A stretch of 64,000 bases of DNA from the human T2T-CHM13v2.0 reference genome, Homo sapiens, in NCBI RefSeq assembly GCF_009914755.1, contig NC_060944.1; one strand, written 5' to 3'. Below the pieces are notes generated by a model that searched no databases, was not told the DNA's origin, and saw only the letters and a program-made list of their open reading frames with translations. Of the stretch, positions 25,359-37,858 are shown one piece after another; the first letter of the stretch is position 1; each line of letters begins with the position of its first letter. A program made the position numbers and the translations under genes.

Positions 25359-28019
25359 CACAAATGCTTGTTTCTCAAGGGCTGGGCCTTCAGACTCTTC
25401 TGTGTTCACAAGAGAAAGGGTGAGAGAAGTCTTGGGGTGGGGCCATCAAAACAGTAATTGTTCACCCCGAGGTCTAGTGGTGGGGCATGATGATAGCGGC
25501 TGGCCTGGCTGGAGACATGTCCCCGTGGTGGGTTCTCATAACTCTCCTGGAAGGCTAGCAGGCCTGCCTCATCGAGGAGGAAACTGAGATCCAGCCATGA
25601 GTGAGCTGGAATAGAGCTGGGAGTAGGAATGGGGTCTTTCCCCTGCACCAGAAAGGGAGCCTGCAGGGGAAAGGCCGATGGGGTGCATAGACTCTCCCCA
25701 ACCAGGAGTGTTCCATCCAAGCCCTGCCCAGTTCCCAAGGGGGCAGGAAGCTCGGAGAGGGCAAATCCTGAACTTGAGGTCACACAGACCATAGAGTGAG
25801 GATGAGAAGTGGGAGTTTTGGAGGAAGAGAGACTTGGGGTGGACGGCACAAAATGAGTGGCCTCCCTGGCGATCTTGGACAAGCCAGTTTCCCTCTGGGC
25901 CTCAGTGGGAGAGTTAGGCAGCACAGTCCTCCTTGGGTTGGGGCACTGGTGCATTCTGGGCCCTTCATGCTATATTCCAATACCTGGGGAGAGGGGAAGG
26001 AAGGGGCTGGCACTGGGCTTCGAGGCCTCAGCTTCTTCCAGTCTCCCTCCAGGTCAGTTACCTACTAGGACACCCCACCTTGGCTAGTGGAGCAGCTAGG
26101 GCTAGAGCTGGGCCTACAAAGGGCGAAAGCGGGGGTGGCCTCTCTGGTGCCCCACGGTGGGCGTGGAGAGGGGGTGGGTGGCGCTTCCTTTCACAGGCTG
26201 CCTTGGCTGCAGCACTCAGAAACAGGAAGCTCTAATGGGGGCCCTGGTGACAGGTTTGATGTAGGTTTTATTTTAAGCATAAAGAGGAGATTTCCGTTGG
26301 ACTGTTGACAAACATCCACATCAGCCCAGCTGTCCATCTCTCTGTCTGTCTGCCTGTCTACAACTAGCCCCCAGGGGCCTGGGATGGGCCTGGGCAGTTT
26401 GGGGAAGGAAGGGAAAATTGGGTTCTAGAAGAAGATGGTGTTCCAGCTCATGAGACTGGAGCTCATGATACTGGTGGGGAGACAAGCATGAGGAGGGTGG
26501 TGACCTACCCACAACCCCCCATGGTGCCCAGCAGTTTTGACAATGCAGGAGCTGGGCCTCCAGGGTCCCCATGCTGAAGGAGTGATGGTGTCAGGAGAGA
26601 GAATCCAGGCAGGATCTGCAGACGTGGTGCCCTTTGAGGTGTCAAAGACTAGATTTCCTAGGCAACCCTGCTAGAATTCAGGGCTAGTCATTGCCCCTTG
26701 CTGTGACCTGGCAGCCTCCGAGTAACCCAAGAAGGTGGATGGGCTGGCTGCATTTTACATGTGAAGAAATTGAGGTTCAGGTCACAGGACTGGTGGGTGA
26801 CACCTTGTTTCTGAAGGAGGGTACAGTGCTTGAATCCTCAAGGTAGCCTTTTGAGGACCAGATATATTGTCAGAGCAGGAGGTTGAGCTCAGGGAAGGAT
26901 AGCGACTTGTATACTGTCACATAGCAGGTCTGCAGGACAGCCTGGGGTCACACTCTTGCCTGCCAGACACATCGCAGTCTGGATTCCTGGTTCTCCCAGC
27001 ATGTACCCCACCACTCTTCCTCATCTTGGCAGCCTTTTCTTCTGGTCACTTTATTACTGAGCATCTACTGGGTGCCCAGCAGTGGATAAGACAGACATGG
27101 CCCCTGTCCTAGTCTGGAGAAGAGAATGGGCAACTAAACATTCAGCACATAAATAATCATAGAATGTAAAGCAGGTATACTTAGGGACTTCTGCCCTAAA
27201 ACCAGAGCTGTTCCCAGGAGCTGGACCAGGGGATAGCTGAAAAGAGAACGCCTTTCCATAAATCCACTGGGAGGGTCTGTTGGGGAGAGAGCAGGGAGGG
27301 ATTCTTGGAAGTGGGGAAGGTGCCAGATTGAGTCTTCTCCAATGGTTATGGCTTGGTCTTGGGAGGGCTCCCCCTGTTCCAGGATTCTGGAGCCTCCCGC
27401 CTTCCCTGCAGGCCTCTGTGGAGGGAGCAGGGCGGGGGGCTTTTGCACTCCTCCCTCCCCCAACCCTGCAGCCTTGGGGATCTGTGGAAACAGCCCCTCT
27501 ATTGTTCTGCCTCCAGTTGGAGTGTGAGCCCTCGGAGGGCCTGCAGCTGCTGCCCTGTCTCCTGGGGCTGCCCAGCCCTCCGAAGCAGCTCCCCCAGGCC
27601 AGCCTGGCCCCAGCTGCCTAGCCCCTAATTAGGCAGAGATGGGATCTGCTCTCTGATCCATTTCCCACCAGCTAATTATATACACGTGGATTTGGGAACC
27701 AGGCAACCTGGCTGCTCACTTCTATCATGAAGGTGGATGGGCCCTGGGAAAGGCAGCCCCCCCCCCACAGACCTCAGTTTACCCTTTTGGCAGAGGATGG
27801 AGTGTAGCTGCAGAGGCCTGTTCCCTGTCCTTGGTTAAATAGTTCTGTTCCTGCTACTGAAACATTTAAGGAGACCCCCCACCCCCATCTTACCTGATAT
27901 CCTGTGTACAGGGGACCAGGAAAGGGTTGAGGAATTTGGCTATAGGTCCTTGACTCTAGGACCCCAGGGTAGGGTCATAGGATATAGATGAGAGCATGGC
28001 TGCAGCTGGCTGCCAATTA

Positions 28020-28398
<379 letters not shown>

Positions 28399-28414
28399 TT
28401 AAAAAGGTAATATT

Positions 28415-28518
28415 GGTTGATGGGTACAGCAAACCACCGTGGCACATACATATCTATGTAACAAACCTGCACATTCTGCACATGTATCTCAGAACTTAAA
28501 GTAGAATAAAAATAAAAT
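28415..28518 (+). mobile_element. 5'-truncated primate L1 (L1PA) 3' terminus
   Basis: gtaacaaacctgcacattctgcacatgtatc...acttaaagta plus A tail; TSD aaaaggtaatatt (28402-28414 and 28519-28531). Confidence 0.88.
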
Positions 28519-29192
28519 AAAAGGTAATATTATTTTTCAGATAATTCACTCATATATTTCTTCCAACATTTTATTAAGAAAAATTTCAAACATAGAGTTG
28601 AAAGAATTAGACAGTGAACATTCATATACCCACCTACTAATGCACACTTGTTAATATTTCACTATATTTGCTCTATCAGGAATCTACCCATCTCTCCATC
28701 CATTAATACAACTTATTTTTTTAATACAACTTATTTTTTAATAAAGCTTTTCAAATTAAGTTGCATATATCAGTACACTTCCCTTAAAGTCACTTTAGTG
28801 TGCATGCCATTAGCTAGAATTCAATATTTGTTTGTCTTGTTCCTCTCTAGGTAACATTTACATGGAATGAAATGCACAGATCTTAAAGGTGCCATTTGCT
28901 GAATTTAGACAAATGCATACTGTACCCCAAACCCCTATCAGGGTATCAAGCATTATCACCTCAGAAAGTTTCCTTGCATCGCTCTCCTGCCGATTGCTGC
29001 CTGCCCACCATGGACATATTTTTATATCCATATATATCAGTACTAACAAGCAGCATCCCTTGTCCTTTCCTCTACATCAGCCTCGCTCCCCAAAAGCAAC
29101 CACTTACAACTTCTTAAACTATTTCTTCTGGTACTTTCCTCCATATTTTTAAATAACTTGCTTTTCCTGCTGTTTTCTTGATCAATTTTAGG

Positions 29193-29194
<2 letters not shown>

Positions 29195-29247
<53 letters not shown>

Positions 29248-29543
29248 TTATTTTTTTTTTGAGACAGAATCTTGCTCTGTTGCCCCGGCTGGAGTGCAGT
29301 GGTGTGATCTTGGCTCACTGTAACCCCTGCCTCCCAGGTTCAAGCGATTCTCCTGCCTCAGCCACCTAAGTAGCTGGGACTACAGGTGTGTGCCACCACG
29401 CCTGGCTAATTTTTGTATTTTTTGTAGAGATGGGGTTTCACCATGTTGACCAGGCTGGTCTTGAATTCCTGACCTCAAGTGATCCACCCACCTTGGCTTC
29501 CCACAGTGCTGGGATTACAGGCGTGAGCCAGTGTGTCTGACCA
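29195..29543 (-). mobile_element. Alu whose tail has become a (CA)n/(TA)n microsatellite
   Basis: (CA)n at ~29195-29238 lies inside the TSD caattttaggca. Confidence 0.88.
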
Positions 29544-31764
29544 ATTTTAGGCACATATTGACTGACTTTCTGGTCTGATGTTTTCATAGTGTGGCCTCCA
29601 CTGCCTGGCTGCCTGGCTTTGGATCCCAGCCCTTCCTCTTTCTGGCTGTATGACCTTGGGCAGTAACTTAACCTCCTTGGGCCTCAGTTTTCTCATTTGT
29701 AAAATGAGGGTGATAATAATAGTGCTGAGGTTATTGGATTGTTATACGGATTCAAGATGTAAAAGGCTGAGAATAATGAACATCACCCAGTGAGTAGTCA
29801 AACTTTTTCTTCTCATAATCATTATTATCAAGAAAGATTTAGCTTTTGGTTCCCCCCTTTCAATTGGCATTTATCACAATTTTTTGTGAAGTGGATTTTA
29901 GTGTTATTTATATTATGACTATGTAAATACTGTTTCCTTTCAAGCCAAGTCATATATTTTGGTTACATTTCCTTTCTTGTACAACTCTTTGTTCTTCCTG
30001 GAGTTACTACTCGCTTTGCTTTTTTTCATTTGCTGTTTCCTCTTAACCCATCCTTAATTCTCTTAATTCTTTGACACCCTCAGTCTCCCCATAGTTAACA
30101 TTACACATCCTGAAACTCTTCAAGTGCTTTTAAAGAAGCATCCCCATCCATTTAAAAAAAACTGGAGCCAATTTTTAAAATAGAATCTCAAATACAATCT
30201 GTAAAATAAAGATTTGTGAGCATCCACTATGTGCCAGGAGCTGTGCTAGGCAGAGTGGGAAGGTAGCCAAATAGGGGATATCCCTGCCCATGTGGGTTTC
30301 CAAGAGGGATGAAAACTGAAGCTCCACACCCCCAGCCTCTGCATTTACCGGGGAACACCTCAGCACCTCTAGGAATCTCAGGACCTCAGGGAGCCCAGAT
30401 TTACTTATTTGTAAAATGAGGATCATTTTGTCATTCTGCAATCACTCCTTAACCATGTTGTCTGGGGCTGTGTTGTGGCTGCTGGGTATAGAGCAATGAT
30501 CTCCCCATCCCTTGAGGGGCTCACAAGAGCTGTGGGATAGAGCGGAGGCTGTGGATTGCAGCGGAGCAATGGGAGCTGGGGAGCGGGTTTCCCAGAGGAA
30601 GTACCATAGGACGAAGAGGGTCTTGGTGGGTAAGGGCAGTAAACGGCTGTTATGTTCCAAGGGCTGTGCGAAGAACTTCCATGTATTGTCCCATCAAATC
30701 CTCCCAAAGACCCATTGAAAGGGGTCATATTTTTATCACAATTTCATAGATGGGGAAACTAAGGCCAGGAGAGTCCAAGGCCAGGGTCACACAGCTAATA
30801 AGTGGCAGAGGCAGTATTTGAACCTATGCAGTTGGGTTCTTAACCACACACTGCACTGTCTCTCACATCCAGATGCCCAGCTCCTGTCCCCACCTCATCC
30901 TGTATCTGCCTCGTCCTCTCCTGTCTACCCACTGGTGCTAACCTCTGGCTCATTCCATGCCCTTCGCTTTATTCATCCATTCATTCAACACAAATCTACT
31001 GGGCGCCTTTTCCACGCCCAACCCTGGGCTGGGCAGTGCCAGGGACATAGAGCTTGGGCAGTATTGACTCACCCATTCCCAGATAGGCATTGACATTGAC
31101 ATGCAAGCGGCCAGGAAAGTTGTCTAAATAAAGGGGTGTTTGGGGTTGAGTGATGGCTGTGTGTATGTGTGTGTGTGTGTGGCCTGCAAGGGGTGTGTGT
31201 CAGTGTGGCAGCAACAGACTTTCTGTGGAGGCCATTTATGAAGGCATATCTGTGTACCCTTGAGAGTGTGTTGTCTGCAGAGGGTGTGTCCACCAGGTAT
31301 GTGGATCAGTGAGGCTCTGCTGCATAACAAACCACTCTAAGCCCAGAAGCCTAAAACCACTTATTAGCCTGTGTGAAGTGGCAGTCTGGCCTGGGCTTAG
31401 CTGGGCAGTTCTGGTTTTACCTGGGTTCACTTGCCTTGCTGCAGTCAGCTGAGGGTGGGGGCTCTGGGAGGGCTTCACTCACATGCTTAGCAGTTGGCAG
31501 GCTGTTTGCTGGGGTGCCTCCATTTGCTTTGATGAGGCTGGCTTGGGCTCATGCTTATGGTGACCTCAGGGTTCCACATTCAGCAAGAGAAGATAAGCTC
31601 CAACGCACAGTGCATTTTGAGCCTCTACTTGTGTCAAGATTATAAATGTCCTAATAGCCCAAGTGACATGTCAAGTCAGATTCAAAGGATGGAGAAATAG
31701 ACTCTCTCTCTCTCTCTCTCGGTTGTGTTTTTGTTCTTTGAAAACAAGCCCGGCTTGCCTGGCT

Positions 31765-32026
31765 CCATCGCCCAGGCTGGAGTGCAGTGGCGCGATCTTG
31801 GCTCGGTGCAACCTCCGCTTCCTGGTTCAAGCAATTCTCCTGCCTCAGCCTCCTGAGTAGTTGGGACTACAGGTGCGTGTCACCATGCCCAGCTAATTTT
31901 TGTATTTTTAGTAGAGATGGGGTTTCACCATATTGGCCAGACTGGTCTCGATCTCTTGACCTCATGATCTGCCCGCCTTGGCCTCCCAGAGTGCTGGGAT
32001 TATAGGCATGAGGCACCGCGCCTGGC
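31765..32026 (-). mobile_element. Alu with an aberrant 3' end, inside a probable MLT1 LTR (~31300-32105)
   Basis: Antisense Alu; flanks resemble MLT1. Confidence 0.8.
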
Positions 32027-34240
32027 TTAGAATCCATCTCTTAGTCACATTACACAGGGCATGAGTACAGATATGGAGGAATTATTGTAGCTGATTTTCA
32101 AACAACTTACCTGTGTGTGCAGGTAAAGAACTAGGGACAGTTCTCAGTTTTGGAAATAAAAAAAACTCTGGGCTGCAGTCCTGGCTCTTCCGTCCTTGCT
32201 GTCTGACCTTAGTCAAGTTGTCTCATTCTCTGAGCTTCCGTAAATTGGATAAAATTGAATGAAACGAGATGATCTTTATAAAGTGCTTGTGCTACTCATT
32301 TGTTTACAAACGCAGCACATATTTATTGAGGCCTCCTATATACCAACTACTGGTCCCACCCCGAGGATATTGCAGTGAACAAAATGGACCAAAACACCTG
32401 CTCTTGTGAAGCTCACAGCCTAGGTTGTAGACAGATGTTAATTGATCATCCTAATAATTGTATGACCATTGAGAGTAGATTCCGGAAGGAGAGATTGCTG
32501 ACCTGGCCAGGTTGATCTGAGAAGCCAAAGATATTTAAGCTGAGATGTGAAGGGTAGGTAGGAGACAACGAGGAGAAGAAAGATAGGAGTGGAAAATGAT
32601 TCTAGATGGAGGGCATGTGCAAAGGCCCTGTGGTGGGAGGAGTAGATTCCAGGAACACAGAGAAGGTGGGTGGGGCTGGGCCTGAAGCACCAGGGCCAGA
32701 TGGTGTGGGGCTGCTGGAGCCTTTGAACAATGTGAGGGTCTGTCTTGCCAGGCAGCCTAAAATAAAACCGAAAGGCCTAACTGCTCCACAAGGCCCTCAT
32801 GATCGGGGACCTTGTTACTCCTCCAGTCTCCCCTTTACCTACTCTGCTGCAGCCATGCTGCCTCCTTCCTGTTCCAGGAACACCCTGGACACATTCCCAC
32901 CTCAGGGCCTTTGCACTTGCCATTGCCTTTACTAGTATCGACCCTACCCAGATATTCTGATGACTCATTCTGTCACTTCATTTCCATCTCTGCCTCTTCA
33001 AAGGGGCCTTCCCTACCAACCCACCACAACCCCCCTGCCCCTCCAGCTAAGCAGTCAGCATCCAGCAGTCTCTACTTCCCTGGCCTGGTTTATTTCTCTT
33101 CCTAGCACATATCACCTCCTGGCTTATATTAACCAGAGGCCACATTGTCTGTTTCTCTTCTGGATCTCTCACCAGAGTGCAGCTCAGCAGGCAGGGACTT
33201 GGCCTTGCTCTAGGCTGTGTCCTCAGCCTCAGGGGAAGAGTAGGCATTCCATAAACATTTGTGAATAAAGAAATGAGTGAAAATGAGTGAGTGAATGCTG
33301 GAAAGAACTAGCTCCTGGAAATTAGGAGGTCTGGGTTCAAGTTCTAGCTGGGCGATCCTTTCTGTTCCTTGGTTTCTCCAGTTGAGCTGTGAGGCATTTG
33401 TGGTCTCTAGGGAGGTTCTAGGACAGGAAAGGAGTACTCCAGGCTGTGGAGGGGGCCTATGTAGGAAGAAGGGAGCTGGGGCCTTCCCTTTGGCCTTCTG
33501 GCGTTTGAAAATAGCCTAGCTCAGCCCCTAGCTTGGGCCCCTACCCTCCCTGGGGTGCCAAGCTGGAGCCAGGGGGCTCTGTCTGGAGCCTGCCAGCCTG
33601 GTGCCGGGCTGGGATCAAGGCCACCTGACAGCTGGGCCAGGCAGTCCTGGAAGGTTCTTAAGGGCAAACAGGGCATGCTGGATGTCCCAGACCTCCCTCC
33701 CCACCTATTGTCCCTCCTCCCTCAGTGTCCACCGGCAGGATAAATCCCTTCATCCTCTACAGGCCTGCAGCCCTTGCAGCTTGCAAATCTTTTTCTTGGT
33801 TTGTTTCTAATTTCACCCCTGCTCAGTAGCTACTTTACTGGTGAGGACACTGAGGCTCAGAGATGACAACTGCCTCACTGAGGTTACGTTGCAGTTATGA
33901 TTCAGGCCCAAGTCTTGCCCAGCCCTGTCCTGTCACCGCGTGCACGTGTGTGTGTTTGTGTTTGTGTGTGTGTGTGTGTGTGTGTGGTCTCACTATCAAA
34001 CAGTGCCCTCCCTTAACCACCAGTGCCCCGGGTCTCTGATAAGATGTGATGACTATGAGCACCTGGAGCCAGGTGGCCTGGGTTCAAATCCCACCTTTGC
34101 TACTTCTATACTGTGTGGATTGCTGGGCCACCCCCACCTCAGTGTCTGCTAATAGGACAAATCCCTTAATCCTGGGCACTGGGGCACTATCAGGACTAGC
34201 ATTGTATACATTGCACAGGTTTTAAAAAATGTAATCTGTA

Positions 34241-34528
34241 GGCTGGGCACAGTGGCTTACACCTGTAATCCCAGCATTTTGGGAGGCCCAGGTGGGTGGA
34301 TCATGAGGTCAGGAGCTCAAGACCAGCCTGGCCAACATGGTGAAACCCCGTCACTACTAAAAATCCAAAAATTCACCAGGCATGGTGGCGGGCACCTGTA
34401 GTCCCAGCTACTCGGGAGGCTGAGGCAGGAGAATCGCTTGAGCCCAGAAGCTGAGGTTGCACTGAGCCGAGATTGTGCCACTGCTCTCCAGCCTGGGCAA
34501 TAGAGCAAGACTCCGTCTCAAAAAAAAG
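34241..34528 (+). mobile_element. Alu, full length
   Basis: Alu consensus. Confidence 0.92.
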
Positions 34529-36124
34529 GTAATTTGTTGTCAATATTTACACATCTAAACCATTGGAAGAATAATGTATATATAAACTAGCTAATGAACA
34601 CCTACCAAGCCCCAAGCACCAACTGTATGTCCAGTACAGAGCCAGCTGCTCCAGGGGAGTTCGTTCCTGGGAGGGGGCATCATGATGAAGTGGGCGTGGT
34701 TCCCATTTCCTCCAGCGTAGTCTCAGAAGCGGGAAGCCATGTGACTGAGGTTACAGCCAGGGAGGGCAGAGGCCCCCGGCACTCACCCCTCTGGGGTCCA
34801 AGCCCAGCTGGCATGTGTTGTGTCCCTGGGTAGGTGTGTCACTCCCTGTCTGTGTCTCCAGTGTTCCTGTTGGCAAATCAGGGGTGGGACGGAGGTAAAT
34901 GGAGAGGCCCTGCCCAGTCTGCTGTAATCCAGGATCTCGGACTTAGTGGGGCCAAAGCTTCCAAGTTCTCCTGATTAGTGAGGCTGCAAAAAATGTTTGG
35001 CATGTTATTCTCTCACCGTTTAAATGTGGGCAAGTAACAACTTACATGTAAAATTACCCCCATATACCAAGCATTTAAGTTATTTATTATATCATTGCTT
35101 ACAATAGCAAATAATTGGAAATTATTTGAGAAATGGCTAAAGAAACTCAGGCCCAGGTATGCAAGGGAATCCTAGGCAGCCCTCAAAAGATGTCCTGCAA
35201 ACACCTGATGTGGAATCACAAGATACACAACACAGGTCAGTGAACAAAACAAGTTGTGGCATGATACCCACAGTGTGCTGCTGCTTGTGGAAGCAGGAAC
35301 ACATGTCCATGTACTCTTGTACTGGCACAGAACCCTGGAGAATTATCCTGGGAACCCTGCATGCTGGCTGCCCCTGGGGAGGGGAACCCGAGGGTTGGGC
35401 TCAAGGGTGGGAGGCAAGACTCACTACTTTGCACACCTTTTGAATTTTGAATCATGTGAATGTGTTATCTGTGCAGAAAAAATAAAAATACATTTAAAGT
35501 AAAGTGAAAGTAGACAAGAAACCTGAAACAGAGACAGACAAGCAAGCCTGCAGGCCCAGCCAGCTACCGCCCCCGGGCAACCTCATGCCACACTGTGGGC
35601 TCTGCCCAGCTTGGTTTTGTGGCTCCACCCTCTACGGTCATATTTGGGTTTCCACACACACAGCACCCAAAGGAAATCCCAGCTAACGCACATCAGGTTC
35701 TGGGCTGGGCCACCCGCCAAGGTGGTTGGTGGGCATGACACCGCCCCGGGAATGGCGTCGTCCAAATGCCTGAGCAATGACACGGCCTCAGATGGAATGA
35801 TGCCACTGCCCACAGTCTCACAGGCCCTCCCATCTCGCCTTTGTTCTGCAGCCTCCAGGTGGGTGTATGGACACTCCAAAACAGCCATCCCTGTCAATGA
35901 ATCAGCCTGCAGGGACTGAATTCATTCCTTCATTCATCAATATCCATTGAGCACCTACTGTGTGCCAAACACTCTTCTAGGAACTGAAGATGCAACAGAA
36001 AACAAAACAGATAAAAATCCCTGCCCTCGAGGAGCTGACATTCCAGAGGGGACACAGACAATACTTGCCAGAGTGAAAATGCTAAGGAGAAAAATGAAGC
36101 AGGGAAGGATGGGGAACTAGAGAT

Positions 36125-36680
36125 TTTTTTTCCTTTTTTTATTGAGGTTGAATTGATAAACAATAAAATTGGCCCATTTTAGGTGTACAGTTGGATGCAT
36201 TTTGACAGTTGTATGGCACTACAGACAAGTGCTAGAATTCCTGTATCATCCCACCATGTCCCTTCACGCCCCCCACAGTCAACCCCTGACTCCCACCCGC
36301 TCCCACCCGAAGAAACTACAGATCAGTTTTCTTTCACTGTAGATCAGCTTTGTCTTTCCCAGAGTTCATGCAAATGGAATCTGGCTTCTCTCAGTCAGCA
36401 TCATGGACTTGGTTGAGATTCGCCCGTGTTGCTGAGTGTATCTGTAGCTTGTTCCTTTTTACTGACGAGTAGTATTCCACAGTGTGGATGCACTGTATTT
36501 TGTTTATTCATCCAACTTGTTGACGGACATACAGGTTGTTCCCATTTCTTGGCTATTACAAATAAAGCTACTATAAACATTTGTGAACAACTCTTTGTGT
36601 GGATGCATATTTTCATTTCTCTTGGGTAACTACCACGGAGTGGAATTGCTGGACCTCGTGGTAAGGGTAGCTTTATTAGA
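36125..36680 (-). mobile_element. L1M 3' fragment inside an L2
   Basis: Antisense L1M 3'UTR motifs; L2-like cattcattca...gagcacctactgtgtgcca upstream. Confidence 0.7.
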
Positions 36681-36956
36681 AGCAGATCTCATGCTTTTAA
36701 ACAGGATGGTCAGATAAGGCGTCACCGGCTCGGTGATATTTCAGGAGAGGCCAGAAGGAGGTAAGGGGTGTCTGCAGGGAAGAGTGTTCTGGGCTGAGGA
36801 AACAGAGTCAGTATGTGCCTGGAGTGTTTGAGGAACAGCATGGAGGCCATCAAGGAGGGAGTGAAGGACGTGAGGGGAGAGGGCTAGGAGGTGTGCTCCA
36901 TGTGGAATGAGGCTAGATGGTATAGGGTCACATACATCATGGTGAGGACATTGGTA

Positions 36957-37242
36957 TTTTTTTCTTTTGACATGGAGTCTCGCTCTGTCACCCAGGCTGG
37001 AGTGCAGTGACACAATCTCGGCTCACTGCAACCTCCGCCTCCTGCATTAAAGTAATTCCCCGGCTTAGCCTCCCAAGTAGCTGGGACTACAGGCACGTGC
37101 CCCCACGCCCATTTTATATTTTTGTAGAGATGGGGTTTTGCCATGTTGTCCAGGCTGGTCTCAAATGCCTGACGTCAGGTGATCCGCCCACCTCAGCCTC
37201 CTGAAGTGTTGGGATTACAGGTGAGAGCCACTGCACCTGGCT
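36957..37242 (-). mobile_element. Alu, full length
   Basis: Antisense Alu; TSD tgaggacattggt. Confidence 0.9.
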
Positions 37243-37544
37243 GAGGACATTGGTTTTTCCTCTGAGAACCCGTGGGAGGAATCTGAGCAGAGGTGGGACA
37301 GGATCAGACTTGCATTTTAACACCTTCCCCCATCTCCAGCTACCAAGTGGAGAATGGGCTGCAGGGCTGCAGGGAGGAGGCTACTGTAATAGTCCTGGCA
37401 GGAGATGAAGGAGTTGGACTGGGGTGGAGGCGGTGGGGGCTGAGGGGTGTGGGATTCTGGATCTTTCTGGATCTACCCCGAATGTGGAGCCAACAGGGGA
37501 TGTATTGGACGTGGGATGTGGGGAAAGTAGGGACATGAAAGAAG

Positions 37545-37858
37545 GCTAGGACCCAAGGTGACCTCTAGGAACTGAGAGTGGCCCTCCAGCTCCCAGCTGG
37601 CAAGGAAACATGCATCTCAGACCGGCAACCACAAGAAGTTGAACTGTGCTGACAACCAAAGGAACTTAGAGTGGACCCTGAGCCGCACAAAGGATCACAG
37701 CCTAGCTGACACGGTGATTTCAGCCTGGTGAGACCTAAGCAGAGAAGCCAATCATTTCATGCCAGGACTTCTGACCTGCAGAAACTGTAAGAAAATAAAT
37801 GGGTGCTAAGTCACTAAGTTTGTGATAATTTGTTATGTAGCAATAGATGACTGATACG
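37545..37858 (+). mobile_element. MLT1D/E-like LTR 3' part
   Basis: gacttctgacct...gaaactgtaaga...aatttgttatgtagcaatag. Confidence 0.7.

Larger units (their letters stand above)
23812..25380 (+). other. FAM110A: FAM110A terminal exon (5'UTR remainder, CDS, 3'UTR); 3' end approximate
   Basis: Polypyrimidine tract at 23780-23807 followed by CAGCAG acceptor (23809-23814); AATAAA at 25353-25358. Confidence 0.85.
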